Positions 39,808 through 52,230 of a DNA stretch of 64,000 nt are shown here, one piece after another. The stretch spans positions 128,001-192,000 of the forward strand of contig JBIJDH010000004.1 of NCBI GenBank assembly GCA_044344255.1, read 5' to 3'. The stretch comes from Myxococcota bacterium. GTDB lineage: Bacteria > Myxococcota_A > UBA796 > UBA2385. Both the position numbers and the translations under genes were made by a program. The number at the start of each line of letters is the position of its first letter. Position 1 is the first letter of the stretch. The notes under the pieces are model-generated. The model made no database searches. It saw only the letters and a list, made by a program, of their open reading frames with translations, and had not been told where the DNA came from.

Positions 39808-39978
39808 GGATCCAGACGGTGTCCAGATGACGGCTTGAGAGGCGGCGCGGCGTGCCCATTTGGGCGAACCGAGCCGGACGTTCCCCGCTGACATTTGGAC
39901 CTCGGATGTTGTCAGTGTCCAGTTCGGGCGCTCATTCACGCTGGCGCCTTGTTCACGTGTCTGGTGTCTCCGTCGTCC
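39808..39978 (+). ncRNA. Candidate rod-shaped structured RNA (6S-like or long leader)
   Basis: Nested helices GACGG/CCGTC, CCAGAT/GTCTGG, GGCGTG/CACGCT, TGGGCG/CGCTCA, CCGAGC/GTTCGG, GGAC/GTCC, GCTGACA/TGTCAGT; wobbles are G-U on the + strand. Confidence 0.4.
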
Positions 39979-40014
39979 GTGCCTTCCATTCACCCCCCCA
40001 GTCAGGAGTCGATC

Positions 40015-40530
40015 ATGAGGAAGCTTGAGGAACGTTCGTGGTGGGCTGAGCTCGTTCAGCTCAAAGATGTGCTCTCTCTCCGCGAGCTCGCCGAGCGCTA
40101 CGGCGTGGCGCCTGCCGCGATCTCCAACGCGCTCAAGCGAAACAACTTGAGCCGAACGGCGGCTCCTCCGGGGCCCCGCGCCAAGCGTGACGAGGACCTC
40201 CTCGCGCGGGCCCAGGAGGCGATCACCCGCCTCGGAACCGCCACCCCCGCGCGCCGCGGCCGTCCGCCCCGGGCCGCTGCCGTGTCCGCGGAGGCCGCCC
40301 CCGCCGTGTCCGCCGCCGTGTCCGCGCCTGTGTCTGCCCCCGTGGCCGCTCCTCGCGCCGTGGTGATCGATGACGGCACCTTCGCCCACAAGGCTTGGCG
40401 GGTCAGCATCGACTCGGTGGACTACATCATCGTCGCCGATGACGTCGTCGGCGCCGCCCGCGTGGCCACCACGGCCAACAAGGGCTCGGTCACGCGCATC
40501 GAGCTCATCGGTCGCGCCATCTCGGCCTGA
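40015..40530 (+). CDS. Small DNA-binding protein: HTH + AT-hook-like motif
   Basis: ATG after AGGAG; LSLRELAERYGVAPAAISNALKR; RRGRPPR; Ala/Pro/Val linker. Confidence 0.75.
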   Translation: MRKLEERSWWAELVQLKDVLSLRELAERYGVAPAAISNALKRNNLSRTAAPPGPRAKRDEDLLARAQEAITRLGTATPARRGRPPRAAAVSAEAAPAVSAAVSAPVSAPVAAPRAVVIDDGTFAHKAWRVSIDSVDYIIVADDVVGAARVATTANKGSVTRIELIGRAISA

Positions 40531-40647
40531 GCCGCTGTACGCTCAGTCGACGCGGCGGGCCCTGTCCGCTTCGTCGGCCGACGCTCCCCCGCCCCGTGGA
40601 CCTCGTGTCCCGGGGCGTCTCTCGTCTCTGGGGCCGTCGCGCTAGCC

Positions 40648-42165
40648 TCAGTCGCCCTGGTCGATGCGGAAGCGGAAGCCCCCGTCGCCGTCGGTGAGCG
40701 TCGATGCGAGGGTCTGTCCGCTCGCGGTGCGGAGCTCCACCAGCGAGAAGGACAGCGCCTCGCCCTCTGAGCGCGCGACCCCCTCGATGATCTCGCCGGG
40801 GCTGAGCTGTCGGGCGCCGCCCCCGTCGGCGGGCTCACTCACGGAGAGGCGGGTGATCGCGGCGCTGGAGCCGGCGGGCGGCGAGAAGGTGTAGACCAAG
40901 GGGGCGTCCGGCACATCGAGCTGGAATTGGCCGTCTCTGTCGGTGATGGTCGACCAGGCGGCCTGATCGAAGCCCGCCTCGGTGGCGGTGACGACGGCGT
41001 CCTGGATGGGGTCGCCCGACGGATCGAGCAGCGTGCCCTCGACGGTGAGCTTGTCGGGCAGCACGATCTCGCCGAGGTTCTGGCTCGTGCCTTCGACCCG
41101 AAGCTCGAAGGAGGAGGGGGAGACCACTGCGTCCTTGTCGTAGGGCGGGATGACCTCGACCCGCCACTCGCCGGGGAGGAGCTGGGGGCTCACCACGCCG
41201 CTGCGGTCGGTGTCGGTCTCGACGAAGGCGTCCCCGAGGGCGTCGGTGAGGGAGACCGAGGTGAAGCGCACCTTGGCGTCGACCACCGCGGTGCCGTCGA
41301 TGTCGACCACCTTGCCGCGGACCTCGGTGGGCCGCAGGGTGCCGACGAGGACGTCTACCCGCAGCGCGTCGCCCTCGCCGTCGACCACGACCACCTCGGG
41401 GACATCGACGCGGGGGATGGTGGAGGCGTCTGCTCCCTCCACCCGCAGCGTGTACTCGCCCGGGAAGGCGCGGAGCTGGTACCAGCCGCTCGCCGTCGTC
41501 TCCACCGCGGCGCCCTCGACCCCGGTGGCGCTGTCGATGAGCGAGACCCGCGGCCGACCGGAGCCCACCGAGGCCACGTCGGAGCCGTCGGACTGCGTGA
41601 CGTGGCCGTAGACCCCGATCCCGAAGTCGAGGTGTACGTCCAGGCTGTGCCCCGAGAGCATCGACTGCTGGTCGAGGACGAGGAAGGGCAGCAGCTCCGG
41701 GCTGTGGGGGATGATCGAGAGGAGGTAGCCGTCGAGGGCGGGGAGGGACAGGCTGTAGGTGCCGGTCACCCCGGTCTCGGCCGTGCCGCCGGACACGGTG
41801 CCCAGCACGACGCCGACTACGTCGGCCTGGACGGGGACATCATCCTCGCCGGGGACCACGACATCCGCCGCGGGGTTGGCCCGGAAGCCGACCACCGAGC
41901 CCGAGAGCGTCACCGTGCGGGCGAGCTCGAGGCGGAGGTCGGACAGGTCGTCGGAGGTGTCGGCGTAGAAAGACTGAGCGTGGACGTTGAGGTCACCCGA
42001 GGGGTGGACGTCGATGCGCACTGAGCGCTCGACGGTGGCGGTGTCTCCCGCCTCGTCGGAGGTGCCGCTGGCTCCGTCTTTGCCCAGAGAGGTGCTGTAG
42101 TCGCTGCAGGCCGCCAGCAGCAAGGCGGCGAAGGAGAGGTGCCGGGGGCGGTGCTCAGGCTTCAT
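40648..42165 (-). CDS. Lipoprotein with repeated carboxypeptidase-regulatory-like domains
   Basis: LLAAC lipobox; repeated VxGxV.D..G..V..A.V...TD..G.F motifs. Confidence 0.8.
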   Translation of the reverse strand: MKPEHRPRHLSFAALLLAACSDYSTSLGKDGASGTSDEAGDTATVERSVRIDVHPSGDLNVHAQSFYADTSDDLSDLRLELARTVTLSGSVVGFRANPAADVVVPGEDDVPVQADVVGVVLGTVSGGTAETGVTGTYSLSLPALDGYLLSIIPHSPELLPFLVLDQQSMLSGHSLDVHLDFGIGVYGHVTQSDGSDVASVGSGRPRVSLIDSATGVEGAAVETTASGWYQLRAFPGEYTLRVEGADASTIPRVDVPEVVVVDGEGDALRVDVLVGTLRPTEVRGKVVDIDGTAVVDAKVRFTSVSLTDALGDAFVETDTDRSGVVSPQLLPGEWRVEVIPPYDKDAVVSPSSFELRVEGTSQNLGEIVLPDKLTVEGTLLDPSGDPIQDAVVTATEAGFDQAAWSTITDRDGQFQLDVPDAPLVYTFSPPAGSSAAITRLSVSEPADGGGARQLSPGEIIEGVARSEGEALSFSLVELRTASGQTLASTLTDGDGGFRFRIDQGD

Positions 42166-42629
42166 GGCGCCTCCTCAGGGACGACGATGAGCCAGCTGCG
42201 CTGATCGGAGTCTCCGAAGGAGTCGACCACCGTGACCTGGAGCTCCCGGCCGTCATAGAGCGTGTCTCGGGGCAAGGTGAGGCGGCTGCCATAGATGTTG
42301 GAGCCTGCGGCCAGGGGCTCGGTGCGCCCCTCTTCGCCGAGGCCGTTGACCTCCCATTGGTAGCTGAGCTCTTCGGGATCGTTCTTGTCGACCACTCGAA
42401 CGTAGACGATGACCTCGGGGAGGTCGAGGTCGAGGCGGTCCCCCTCGGCCGGATACGACTCACGGATCTCGGGGGGCTCATTGGGTTGCTCCTCGACGAG
42501 GGGCAGCCAGAAGTAGCAGCCGCTCGACAGGAGAGCTGGTATGCAAAATGCGTGCCATGCGCGGGAGCGCAGAGCGCGGCACGCTGAAGGTCGCCTGTCG
42601 GCGGAGGCCGAGGGGGTGGTCCACGACAT
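42162..42629 (-). CDS. Small lipoprotein (Ig-like fold)
   Basis: SSGC lipobox; NEPPEI, LSYQWEVNG, VTVVDS; ATGA overlap with the downstream gene. Confidence 0.6.
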   Translation of the reverse strand: MSWTTPSASADRRPSACRALRSRAWHAFCIPALLSSGCYFWLPLVEEQPNEPPEIRESYPAEGDRLDLDLPEVIVYVRVVDKNDPEELSYQWEVNGLGEEGRTEPLAAGSNIYGSRLTLPRDTLYDGRELQVTVVDSFGDSDQRSWLIVVPEEAP

Positions 42630-42634
42630 CGGTG

Positions 42635-44662
42635 TCAGGGGAGGGGGACCGTGAAGGTGGAGCCGGGGCGCTGTCGGTTGGCGGGGACCTCCTGGCCGAA
42701 GTCCGGGCCCTCGGGGCAGGAGACGCGGAGCGAGTGCGGGCCGCGGGGGTCGGTGATGGTGAGCGCGTGCCCGAGGGCGCCCAGGGTGCCGCGGGGCTGC
42801 CCGTCGAGGGTCACGTGGCAGGCGTCGGGGAGCCGGGGGTCGAAGCGCCCGAGGATGGGCAACGGGGTCAGCTCGTCCACCCCGATCTCGATGTGCTCGC
42901 CGGGCGCCACCTCAAAGGGGCGCGTGTAGGGGACGGCCATCGGGTTGCGGAGCTCGATCGTGTGCTTGCCGGGGGTGACCTTCATCACCCCCACCTCGCC
43001 GGTGCGGCCCTTCTGCACCCCGTCCACGTAGACGAAGGCCCACGCGCCCTCGCGCACGAAGACCGAGACCGTGCCCGGCTCGTCGGGGACGGATGCGACG
43101 GCCGCGGCGGACCCGGCGCGGTCGCCCTCGGGTGGCGCGCTGCGGCCAGTCCGAGCGGGCGCCGCGCTGCGCGCCGCCACGGTCGCAGGGTCGCGGCTGG
43201 GAGGGGTGCCGTCTCGGTGGCTGAGGTCTGAGGCGAGGACGCTCATCGACTCCGTGCGGGCGCCGGTCGCAGGGTCGGGGAGGGGCGTGTTCTCGTCGCT
43301 GCCCTCGTTCGGGTTCTCGACGTCGATCGAGCCCTCCCCGAGCGCCACCATCGCCACCCCGTCCGGCTCTCCGGGGGTCGGTAAGCTCGGCCAGAGGGCC
43401 CAGGTGGCCACGGCGGCGGTGAGGGCCGCTCCGACCCCCACAGACCACCAGCGCTTGGAGCTCGGCGGCGGCGCGAGGTCGGTGGGGGTGTGCATGCCCT
43501 GGACGATCTGCAGCACCTCCTCGTTCTCTTCGTCGAGGGAGAGCAGGCGGTTGAAGAGCCGGAGGGCGCCGAGGTGGTCCTTGCTGGCGAGGCGGGCCTT
43601 GCCCTCGACGAGCAGCACCTCGCGGAGCCGCGCCTTCAACCTCTCTTCGTAGCCGGCGGGGTCGAGCAGCCAGGCGCGGAGGTTCCAGTTTGGGTCGGAG
43701 GGCTCGATGGAGACGTCGCGGAGGGTCTGGCGGAGGGCGACCTCGACGGCGGCGGCGTTCTGGGGGCGGTCCTCCTGGTTGTTCTGGAGCAGGCGCTCGA
43801 TGAGGTCGGCGAGGCCGGCGGAGATGTCGCTCGCGAGCTCGATGACCTCGGGCCGGTTGCCCTCGATGATGTTGCGGAGGATGATGCTCGGGTTCGAGCC
43901 GGCGAAGGGGAGCTGCCCCGACACGAGGTGGAAGAGCAGCGTGCCCATGCTGAAGAGGTCGGAGCGGGGGTCGAGCACTCGCTCCATCGCCTGCTCCGGG
44001 CTCATGTAGGCGGGGGAGCCCACGAGCGCGCCGGTGACGGTGAGGTTGACCTCGTCGAGGAAGCGAGCGATGCCGAAGTCCATCAGCTTCACAGAGCCGT
44101 CACGCCGGAGCATGACGTTCTCGGGCTTCAGGTCGCGGTGGATGATGCCGAGGCCGTGGGCATAGGCGAGGGCGGCGGCGAGCTCGATGCAGATGAGAGA
44201 GGCGACCTCGGAGGGCAGGCGGCCGTGCTCGGCGGTGAGCTGCTGGAGCGTGACGCCGTCGACCAGCTCGGTGACGATGTAGCTGTCTTCCGTCTCGCTC
44301 CCGGAGTAGTCGAAGATCTTGAGGATGTTGTCGTGATCGAGATGCTCGATGGCCCGGGCCTCGCGGGCGAAGCGGGCGCGGTTGCGCTCGGAGCGCGAGA
44401 GGTGGGGGTGGAGGATCTTGATGGCGACGTCGCGGCCGAGCGTCGTGTGACGCCCCCGGTAGACCGTGGCCATCCCGCCCTCGCCGATCTTCTGCAGCAC
44501 CTCGTACTTGTCGAGGACAGCCCCGATGAGCGTGCCGCCTCGCCGGGAGCCCTGCTCGCCTCGCTCGGCGCCGTCGGAGCGGTCGGGGGCCGCGCGGGGG
44601 TCGATCCGTCGATCCACGAGCGCGCCTCCGGGCGAGGGGTCAGGCTCGTCCAGGATCGGCAT
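42635..44662 (-). CDS. Membrane Ser/Thr protein kinase with PEGA-like C-terminus
   Basis: [45 protein letters not shown]...PGKHTIEL. Confidence 0.93.
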   Translation of the reverse strand: MPILDEPDPSPGGALVDRRIDPRAAPDRSDGAERGEQGSRRGGTLIGAVLDKYEVLQKIGEGGMATVYRGRHTTLGRDVAIKILHPHLSRSERNRARFAREARAIEHLDHDNILKIFDYSGSETEDSYIVTELVDGVTLQQLTAEHGRLPSEVASLICIELAAALAYAHGLGIIHRDLKPENVMLRRDGSVKLMDFGIARFLDEVNLTVTGALVGSPAYMSPEQAMERVLDPRSDLFSMGTLLFHLVSGQLPFAGSNPSIILRNIIEGNRPEVIELASDISAGLADLIERLLQNNQEDRPQNAAAVEVALRQTLRDVSIEPSDPNWNLRAWLLDPAGYEERLKARLREVLLVEGKARLASKDHLGALRLFNRLLSLDEENEEVLQIVQGMHTPTDLAPPPSSKRWWSVGVGAALTAAVATWALWPSLPTPGEPDGVAMVALGEGSIDVENPNEGSDENTPLPDPATGARTESMSVLASDLSHRDGTPPSRDPATVAARSAAPARTGRSAPPEGDRAGSAAAVASVPDEPGTVSVFVREGAWAFVYVDGVQKGRTGEVGVMKVTPGKHTIELRNPMAVPYTRPFEVAPGEHIEIGVDELTPLPILGRFDPRLPDACHVTLDGQPRGTLGALGHALTITDPRGPHSLRVSCPEGPDFGQEVPANRQRPGSTFTVPLP

Positions 44663-44685
44663 CGTGGGGTACGGCGAGTGTGCGC

Positions 44686-45552
44686 TCAGAGCTGGCCGGC
44701 CTCCCCTTCCATGACGCTGATCCCCCGCTCGGCCATGATGCGGAGGATGACAGACGCGGTCTCTTCGACGGCCTTCCGGGTCACGTCGATCACGGGCCAG
44801 GTCGGGTGCTGGCGGAAGAGGTCCTCCGCCCACTCGAGCTCGGCGAGGATGTGGTCCATGTCACCATAGGCTGAGCGGCTGGACACGCGCATGGTCTCAA
44901 GGCGCTCTTTGCGGATCTCGCGCAGGGACTCAGGATCGATGGTCAAGCCGAAGATGCAGCTCTGATCGAGGTCGTGGACCTCCTTGGGCAGCGGCCGGTC
45001 GAGCACGATCGGCACGTTGCTCACCCGGTAGCCCTTGTGGGCGAGGAAGACGGACAGCGGCGTCTTGGAGGTGCGGCTGACCCCGACCAGCACGATGTCG
45101 GCCTCTCGCAGCAGGCGGGGCTCCTTGCCGTCGTCGGCCTTGACGGTGAACTCAACCGCCTCCACGCGGCGGAAGTAATCGTCGTCGGCCACCGCCATGC
45201 GGTTGGGCACGCCGTCGGGGAGGGCGTGGAGGAAGATGGCCATCTGCGCGAGCAGGTTGCCGAGCAGGTCGACCGTGCGGACCCGGTGCTCTTGGGCGAG
45301 CTCGCGGAGGACCCGGCGGAGATCGGTGCGCACCAGCGTGGTGACGAGCAGGGCGTTCTCTTGCGCGGCCCGCCGCATCAGGCGCTCGATCTGCTCGGCG
45401 TCGGTGACGCTCGGGTAGACCTGGATGTGCACCGGCGCCCCGGTGAACTGTACGAGCGCGGCGCGGACGACCTTCTCGGCCGTCCCGCCGGTGCCGTCGG
45501 AGACGATGTAGATGGGCCGTTGTCGCAGCCGGCCCTCGGAGCCCGGGGGCAT
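44686..45552 (-). CDS. ppsR: PEP synthetase / pyruvate phosphate dikinase regulatory protein
   Basis: VSDGTGGTA, YFRRVEAVEFTVKADDG, GVSRTSKTP, DVTRKAVEETA. Confidence 0.93.
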   Translation of the reverse strand: MPPGSEGRLRQRPIYIVSDGTGGTAEKVVRAALVQFTGAPVHIQVYPSVTDAEQIERLMRRAAQENALLVTTLVRTDLRRVLRELAQEHRVRTVDLLGNLLAQMAIFLHALPDGVPNRMAVADDDYFRRVEAVEFTVKADDGKEPRLLREADIVLVGVSRTSKTPLSVFLAHKGYRVSNVPIVLDRPLPKEVHDLDQSCIFGLTIDPESLREIRKERLETMRVSSRSAYGDMDHILAELEWAEDLFRQHPTWPVIDVTRKAVEETASVILRIMAERGISVMEGEAGQL

Positions 45553-45640
45553 CGGTTCGCCCTCCTTCCACCCTCTCTAGCCGATCTGTCGTCAACGCGC
45601 GTCCTCCACCGCCCGCCTCTGGACCGTGGTAGACCGGGAC

Positions 45641-46768
45641 ATGGCTCCGCTCCGCGGCATCCGGGTCCTCGACCTCTCGCGCCTCCTCCCCGGTCCGTTC
45701 TGTTCCTGGTACCTCCGGGGGATGGGCGCCGAGGTCGTCAAGGTCGAAGATCCGCAGGGCGGCGACTATCTCCGGCACCTGCCCCCCTTCGACGCCGCCG
45801 GGGTGGGCGCCTGGTTCGGGGCGCTCAACGCGGGCGCGCGCTCGGTCTGCCTCGACCCCCGGCTCCCGGGTGACCGCGAGGCCCTGCTCGGCCTCATCGC
45901 CGGGGCCGACGTCCTCATCGAGGGCTTCCGCCCCGGGGTGATGGCTCGCCTCGGCCTCGCCCCCGCCTCGCTGCTCGAGCGCTGGCCGCGCCTCGTCGTC
46001 GCCAGCATCAGCGGCTTTGGTCAGGACGGGCCGCTCCGCGAGCACCCGGGACATGATCTCGGCTACGTCGGCCTCACCGGGGCCTTCGCCCTGCCCGTGC
46101 GCCACGAGGGCGTGCCTGACGTGCCGGCGGTCCAGGTGGCGGACCTCGCCGGCGGCGCGCTCACCGCCGCCCTCCGCATCACCGCTGCCCTCTACGAGCG
46201 GGAGCGCAGCGGGCGCGGGGCCTGGCTCGACGTCTCGATGACCGACGGCGCGCTGGCGCTGCTGGCCCCGGTGCTCGCCGCCGCGGCCGTGGGCGAGCCC
46301 CCGCGCCCCGGAGAGGGCCCGCTGGCCGGCGGCCTCGCGGTCTACCGCCTCTATCGCTGCGCCGATGACCGCCTGCTCGCGGTCGCGGCCATCGAGGGCA
46401 AGTTCCAGGCCGAGCTCTCCCGACTGCTCGGCCCCGACGTGCCGCTCGACGAGGCCGGCCTCCGCGTGGCCTTCGCCACCGCCCCGCGGGACCACTGGGC
46501 AGAGCGGCTCGCCTCGGCCTGCTGCACGCCGGTGCTCGATCTCGAAGAGGCCCTCGCGCACCCGCTCTTCCGCGCCCGCGGCCTCGTCCACGGGGAGGGG
46601 GCCGCGCGTCGGGTGAGCCCGCCCTGGCCGGGCGCTCACCAATTCACCGGCGGCGCCGTGCCGGCCCTCGGCGAGCACACCGCCGCCGAGCTGGGCGCGC
46701 TGCGCTCCCCCCCGCCCGGCCCCCCGCCGATCCTCCTCTCCCCTGCTGGAACCGTGGAGCCCCGATGA
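45641..46768 (+). CDS. CaiB/BaiF (family III) CoA transferase
   Basis: LRGIRVLDLSRLLPGP, GAEVVKVE, EGFRPGVMARLG, SGFGQDGP, GHD. Confidence 0.92.
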   Translation: MAPLRGIRVLDLSRLLPGPFCSWYLRGMGAEVVKVEDPQGGDYLRHLPPFDAAGVGAWFGALNAGARSVCLDPRLPGDREALLGLIAGADVLIEGFRPGVMARLGLAPASLLERWPRLVVASISGFGQDGPLREHPGHDLGYVGLTGAFALPVRHEGVPDVPAVQVADLAGGALTAALRITAALYERERSGRGAWLDVSMTDGALALLAPVLAAAAVGEPPRPGEGPLAGGLAVYRLYRCADDRLLAVAAIEGKFQAELSRLLGPDVPLDEAGLRVAFATAPRDHWAERLASACCTPVLDLEEALAHPLFRARGLVHGEGAARRVSPPWPGAHQFTGGAVPALGEHTAAELGALRSPPPGPPPILLSPAGTVEPR

Positions 46769-46905
46769 CGCTCAGTGAGCTTGCCACCCGCCCCCTGACC
46801 CCGATCGACTGGGTCTTCGTCGCCCTCGCCTCGGCGATCATCTTTGTTATCCACATCAAGAAGCTCAGCCGCGACATCCAGGGCTGGATGAAGAAGGACA
46901 GCTGA
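46765..46905 (+). CDS. Small single-TM protein (46 aa)
   Basis: Not in the ORF track; ATGA overlap with the CoA transferase stop; MTLSELATRPLTPIDWVFVALASAIIFVIHIKKLSRDIQGWMKKDS; high GC3. Confidence 0.6.
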   Translation: MTLSELATRPLTPIDWVFVALASAIIFVIHIKKLSRDIQGWMKKDS

Positions 46906-46935
46906 GCCCCAGCGGACGGCGCTGGTCGCGGCCCT

Positions 46936-47412
46936 TCAGGCGCTGAGGCGCGCGAGGATCACGATCGCGACGATCAGGGCGGAGTGGACGATCATGTGCC
47001 GGGAGAGCGGGCCGAGCGCGGCTCGGAAGGCCGCTTCGTCGGCGATCTGCCCGTTCTTGTCGAGCTTACGGGTGGGCTCGAGCGTCCAGATCTCCAGCTT
47101 GATGTTGGAGATCCACATCGCGAGGAAGGTGAGCCAGCCGATCGAGCTCAGCCGGTGCGCGTCATCAAAGGGCCAAGAGAAGGCCCCGTCGGTGAGCCAC
47201 TTCGCGACCAGGGCGCCGAAGACGCAGGCGCCCAGCGACAGGCCGAGGCCCGGGCCCCACGAGCGGTAGACCCGCACGACGTCCCAGGGGGCGAGGTGTG
47301 GGATGCGCGACGACATCCGGACCAGGACGGTGAAGGCCACCATTGGGCCCGCATAGAGCAGGAAGCCGAGGTCGCGGAGGATCAGCGCGACATCGAGGGC
47401 GGACTCAAACAT
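46936..47412 (-). CDS. Hypothetical 4-TM membrane protein
   Basis: ATG 47412 after GGGAG; four hydrophobic segments. Confidence 0.7.
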   Translation of the reverse strand: MFESALDVALILRDLGFLLYAGPMVAFTVLVRMSSRIPHLAPWDVVRVYRSWGPGLGLSLGACVFGALVAKWLTDGAFSWPFDDAHRLSSIGWLTFLAMWISNIKLEIWTLEPTRKLDKNGQIADEAAFRAALGPLSRHMIVHSALIVAIVILARLSA

Positions 47413-47534
47413 CAAGGGACTCCCAGCGCCTCGCAGGCCAGCGGCGGGATACCGCTCCCGGGTGGGCGGTGTCAAGGTTGGATCGGCGTCCGGGCGCCGC
47501 GGAGCGCGGCGCGGGGACCGACGGGAGCGGCGGG

Positions 47535-49481
47535 ATGGCGGAGCGGAGCCCAGGGGCGGTGGAGGGTGGGGAGCCCGGAGGGAGGCGCATCGGGGGGGGC
47601 CTCGCGGTGGGGATCGTCGAGGTCACCTCCTACGCCCTCGTGGCCCTGGTGGCGGTGGCGGGGGCGCTCGGCGCGGCGGGCCACGTCGTGGGTGACGGCG
47701 TCGATCTCTACGGCACCTTCTGGTTCTTCTGGTGGATCAAGGACTGCCTCGAGCAGGCGCGGGATCCCTCCTTCACCGACATGATGTTCCACCCGCTCGG
47801 GAAGAACATCTTCGCCCACACGGGCAACAACTTCGTCGATGCCTTGGCCTCTGTGCCCTTCCAGGCGGCCTTTGGCTTCCCTCGCTACCAACCCTGGTTC
47901 ATCGGCCTCGTCCTCTTCGTCAACGGCCTGAGCTTCCGGCCGCTGGCCCGGGAGATCCTCGGCCCGGGGCGCCCCTGGTCTGTCTGGACCTCGACCGTCT
48001 TGTGGATGATCTGCCCCTTCACGCTCTTCGAGCTGATGTGTGGGCGGCTCACCCAGGCCTTCTTGTGGTTCCTGCCACCGGCGATCCTCTGGTTCCTCCG
48101 GATCGGTCACGCGCGCCGCGGGCGGCTCGGCTGGCTGGTGGCCCCGACGCTGGCCGGGCTCTTCACGGGCCTCCAGGGGTGGACCTATTGGTTCATGGGC
48201 TGGTTCATGGCCTTCGCCTTCGCCTGGCTGGCGGTGGGGGAGCTCCGGCGGGGCATCGTGTCCCCTCGTCGCCTCGCGCTCGGCTGGCTCACGGCCGCGC
48301 TGGTCTGCGGGCTGGTCATCGCGCCCGGGGCCCTGGCGATGGCCTCCGCGGCGGACCAAGAGCTGGTCCCCGGCCTCGTCGCCGACTCCGCCGACACCGT
48401 CTTCGCCAAGCCGAAGGCGCTCGCGAACAACGTGGCCCCGATGCTCCACGGCGTCGTGCTGATGGAGCGTTTCGGGCAGCCGATGTTCACCACCTGGACC
48501 TGGGGCGCCGCCGGGCTGCTCGTGCTGCTCTTCGCCGGCAAGGAGCGTCGCCGCTGGTTCGGCCTCCTGCTGTTCTTCCTCCTCTTCGGCGTGGGGCCGA
48601 TCCTGCCCGACCGAGACGGAAATCAGTGGCTCCCGATGCCGCATTATCAGCTCGCCTACCGCTTCCTCCCTTACTTCGACCGGCTCTGGTTCCCCTACCG
48701 CATGGAGGTGATGAGCCAGCTCGCGGCGGCCGTGGGCCTCGGGGTCGTGCTCTCGCGCCTCGAGGGGGCGCTGGTCTGGCGGCTCAAGCGGGCCACCGGC
48801 CTCGTCTTCGGCGCGGTGGTGCTCCTGTTCATGGCCGAACAGAACGAGCACCTCGCCTATCCCTTGCTGCACCGCGACTTCACGCCGCCCTCCGTCTACC
48901 GTTGGTTGCACGATCAGCCGGGCAGCCTCATCGAGCTGCCGATCGGCATGTCCCGGATCTCGATCAGCTGGCAGGCCGTCCACGAGCGGCCCACCTTCGG
49001 GGGAATGGCGGAGAACGCACAGATCTTCTGGCCGGAGGGCATGAAGCGCCGGATGAGCCTGAACCTCATCCGCTTCTTGAAGGACGTGACCTACAACCCG
49101 AGCACGAAGCTCACGGTCTCCAACCGCGACAAGCAGCGCCTCCTCGACGAGGGCTTCCGCTGGGTGGTGATGGACCGCCACCTCGTCGACTGTGACCTCT
49201 TCCGCCCAAGGGGCACAGCGCTCCCGAGCGACGCCGATCAGATCGTCTTTCGCGCACAGGATCGAGTGAGCGCCGAGCTCGGCCCGCCCGTGGCGGTGGA
49301 TGGGGAGCTCGTGGTGTGGGACCTCGCAGGAGAGGCCGTGGCGCCCGCTGCGCTCCAGCCCACCGCGCAGACGTTGAGCCACCGCACCTGGACCACAGAA
49401 GACATGCCCGAGTATGAGCGCCACCTGCGGGAAGTGGGGCGCTTTCCGGCCGATGGCGGCCCCGGCGGCGGAGGGAAGTGA
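47535..49481 (+). CDS. Polytopic membrane protein, probable GT-C-type glycosyltransferase
   Basis: GVDLYGTFWFFWW, TDMMFHPLG, many TMs, RLWFPYR, LIELP, WQAVHERPTFGG. Confidence 0.55.
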   Translation: MAERSPGAVEGGEPGGRRIGGGLAVGIVEVTSYALVALVAVAGALGAAGHVVGDGVDLYGTFWFFWWIKDCLEQARDPSFTDMMFHPLGKNIFAHTGNNFVDALASVPFQAAFGFPRYQPWFIGLVLFVNGLSFRPLAREILGPGRPWSVWTSTVLWMICPFTLFELMCGRLTQAFLWFLPPAILWFLRIGHARRGRLGWLVAPTLAGLFTGLQGWTYWFMGWFMAFAFAWLAVGELRRGIVSPRRLALGWLTAALVCGLVIAPGALAMASAADQELVPGLVADSADTVFAKPKALANNVAPMLHGVVLMERFGQPMFTTWTWGAAGLLVLLFAGKERRRWFGLLLFFLLFGVGPILPDRDGNQWLPMPHYQLAYRFLPYFDRLWFPYRMEVMSQLAAAVGLGVVLSRLEGALVWRLKRATGLVFGAVVLLFMAEQNEHLAYPLLHRDFTPPSVYRWLHDQPGSLIELPIGMSRISISWQAVHERPTFGGMAENAQIFWPEGMKRRMSLNLIRFLKDVTYNPSTKLTVSNRDKQRLLDEGFRWVVMDRHLVDCDLFRPRGTALPSDADQIVFRAQDRVSAELGPPVAVDGELVVWDLAGEAVAPAALQPTAQTLSHRTWTTEDMPEYERHLREVGRFPADGGPGGGGK

Positions 49482-49679
49482 GCGCCCCGGTGCGCGGGCG
49501 TGTCGGCCGCGCTTGCCCTTGGGGAATCGGGGAATAGGGAATCGAGGTGCAGTCGAGGGTGGGAGCCCCGTGCGGGTCGCGCCCTCCCCTTCGATCGGGC
49601 CCCGTGCTCCGTTCGCGCATACCGCCGAATTCTCTCCCTTCATTGATTCGAACCATTGAATTGAACCCCTGAGGTCTCG

Positions 49680-52148
<2,469 letters not shown>

Positions 52149-52164
52149 GCCCTTCGGGGTCGCG

Positions 52165-52203
52165 GACGCCGGATCCTCGATCGAGGATCCGGCGTCTCTT
52201 GTT
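52165..52203 (+). terminator. Intrinsic terminator after lon (perfect 32-bp palindrome)
   Basis: GACGCCGGATCCTCGA|TCGAGGATCCGGCGTC followed by TCTTGTT. Confidence 0.7.
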
Positions 52204-52230
52204 GGGGAGCGGGTCTCTCAGGAGGCGCAG

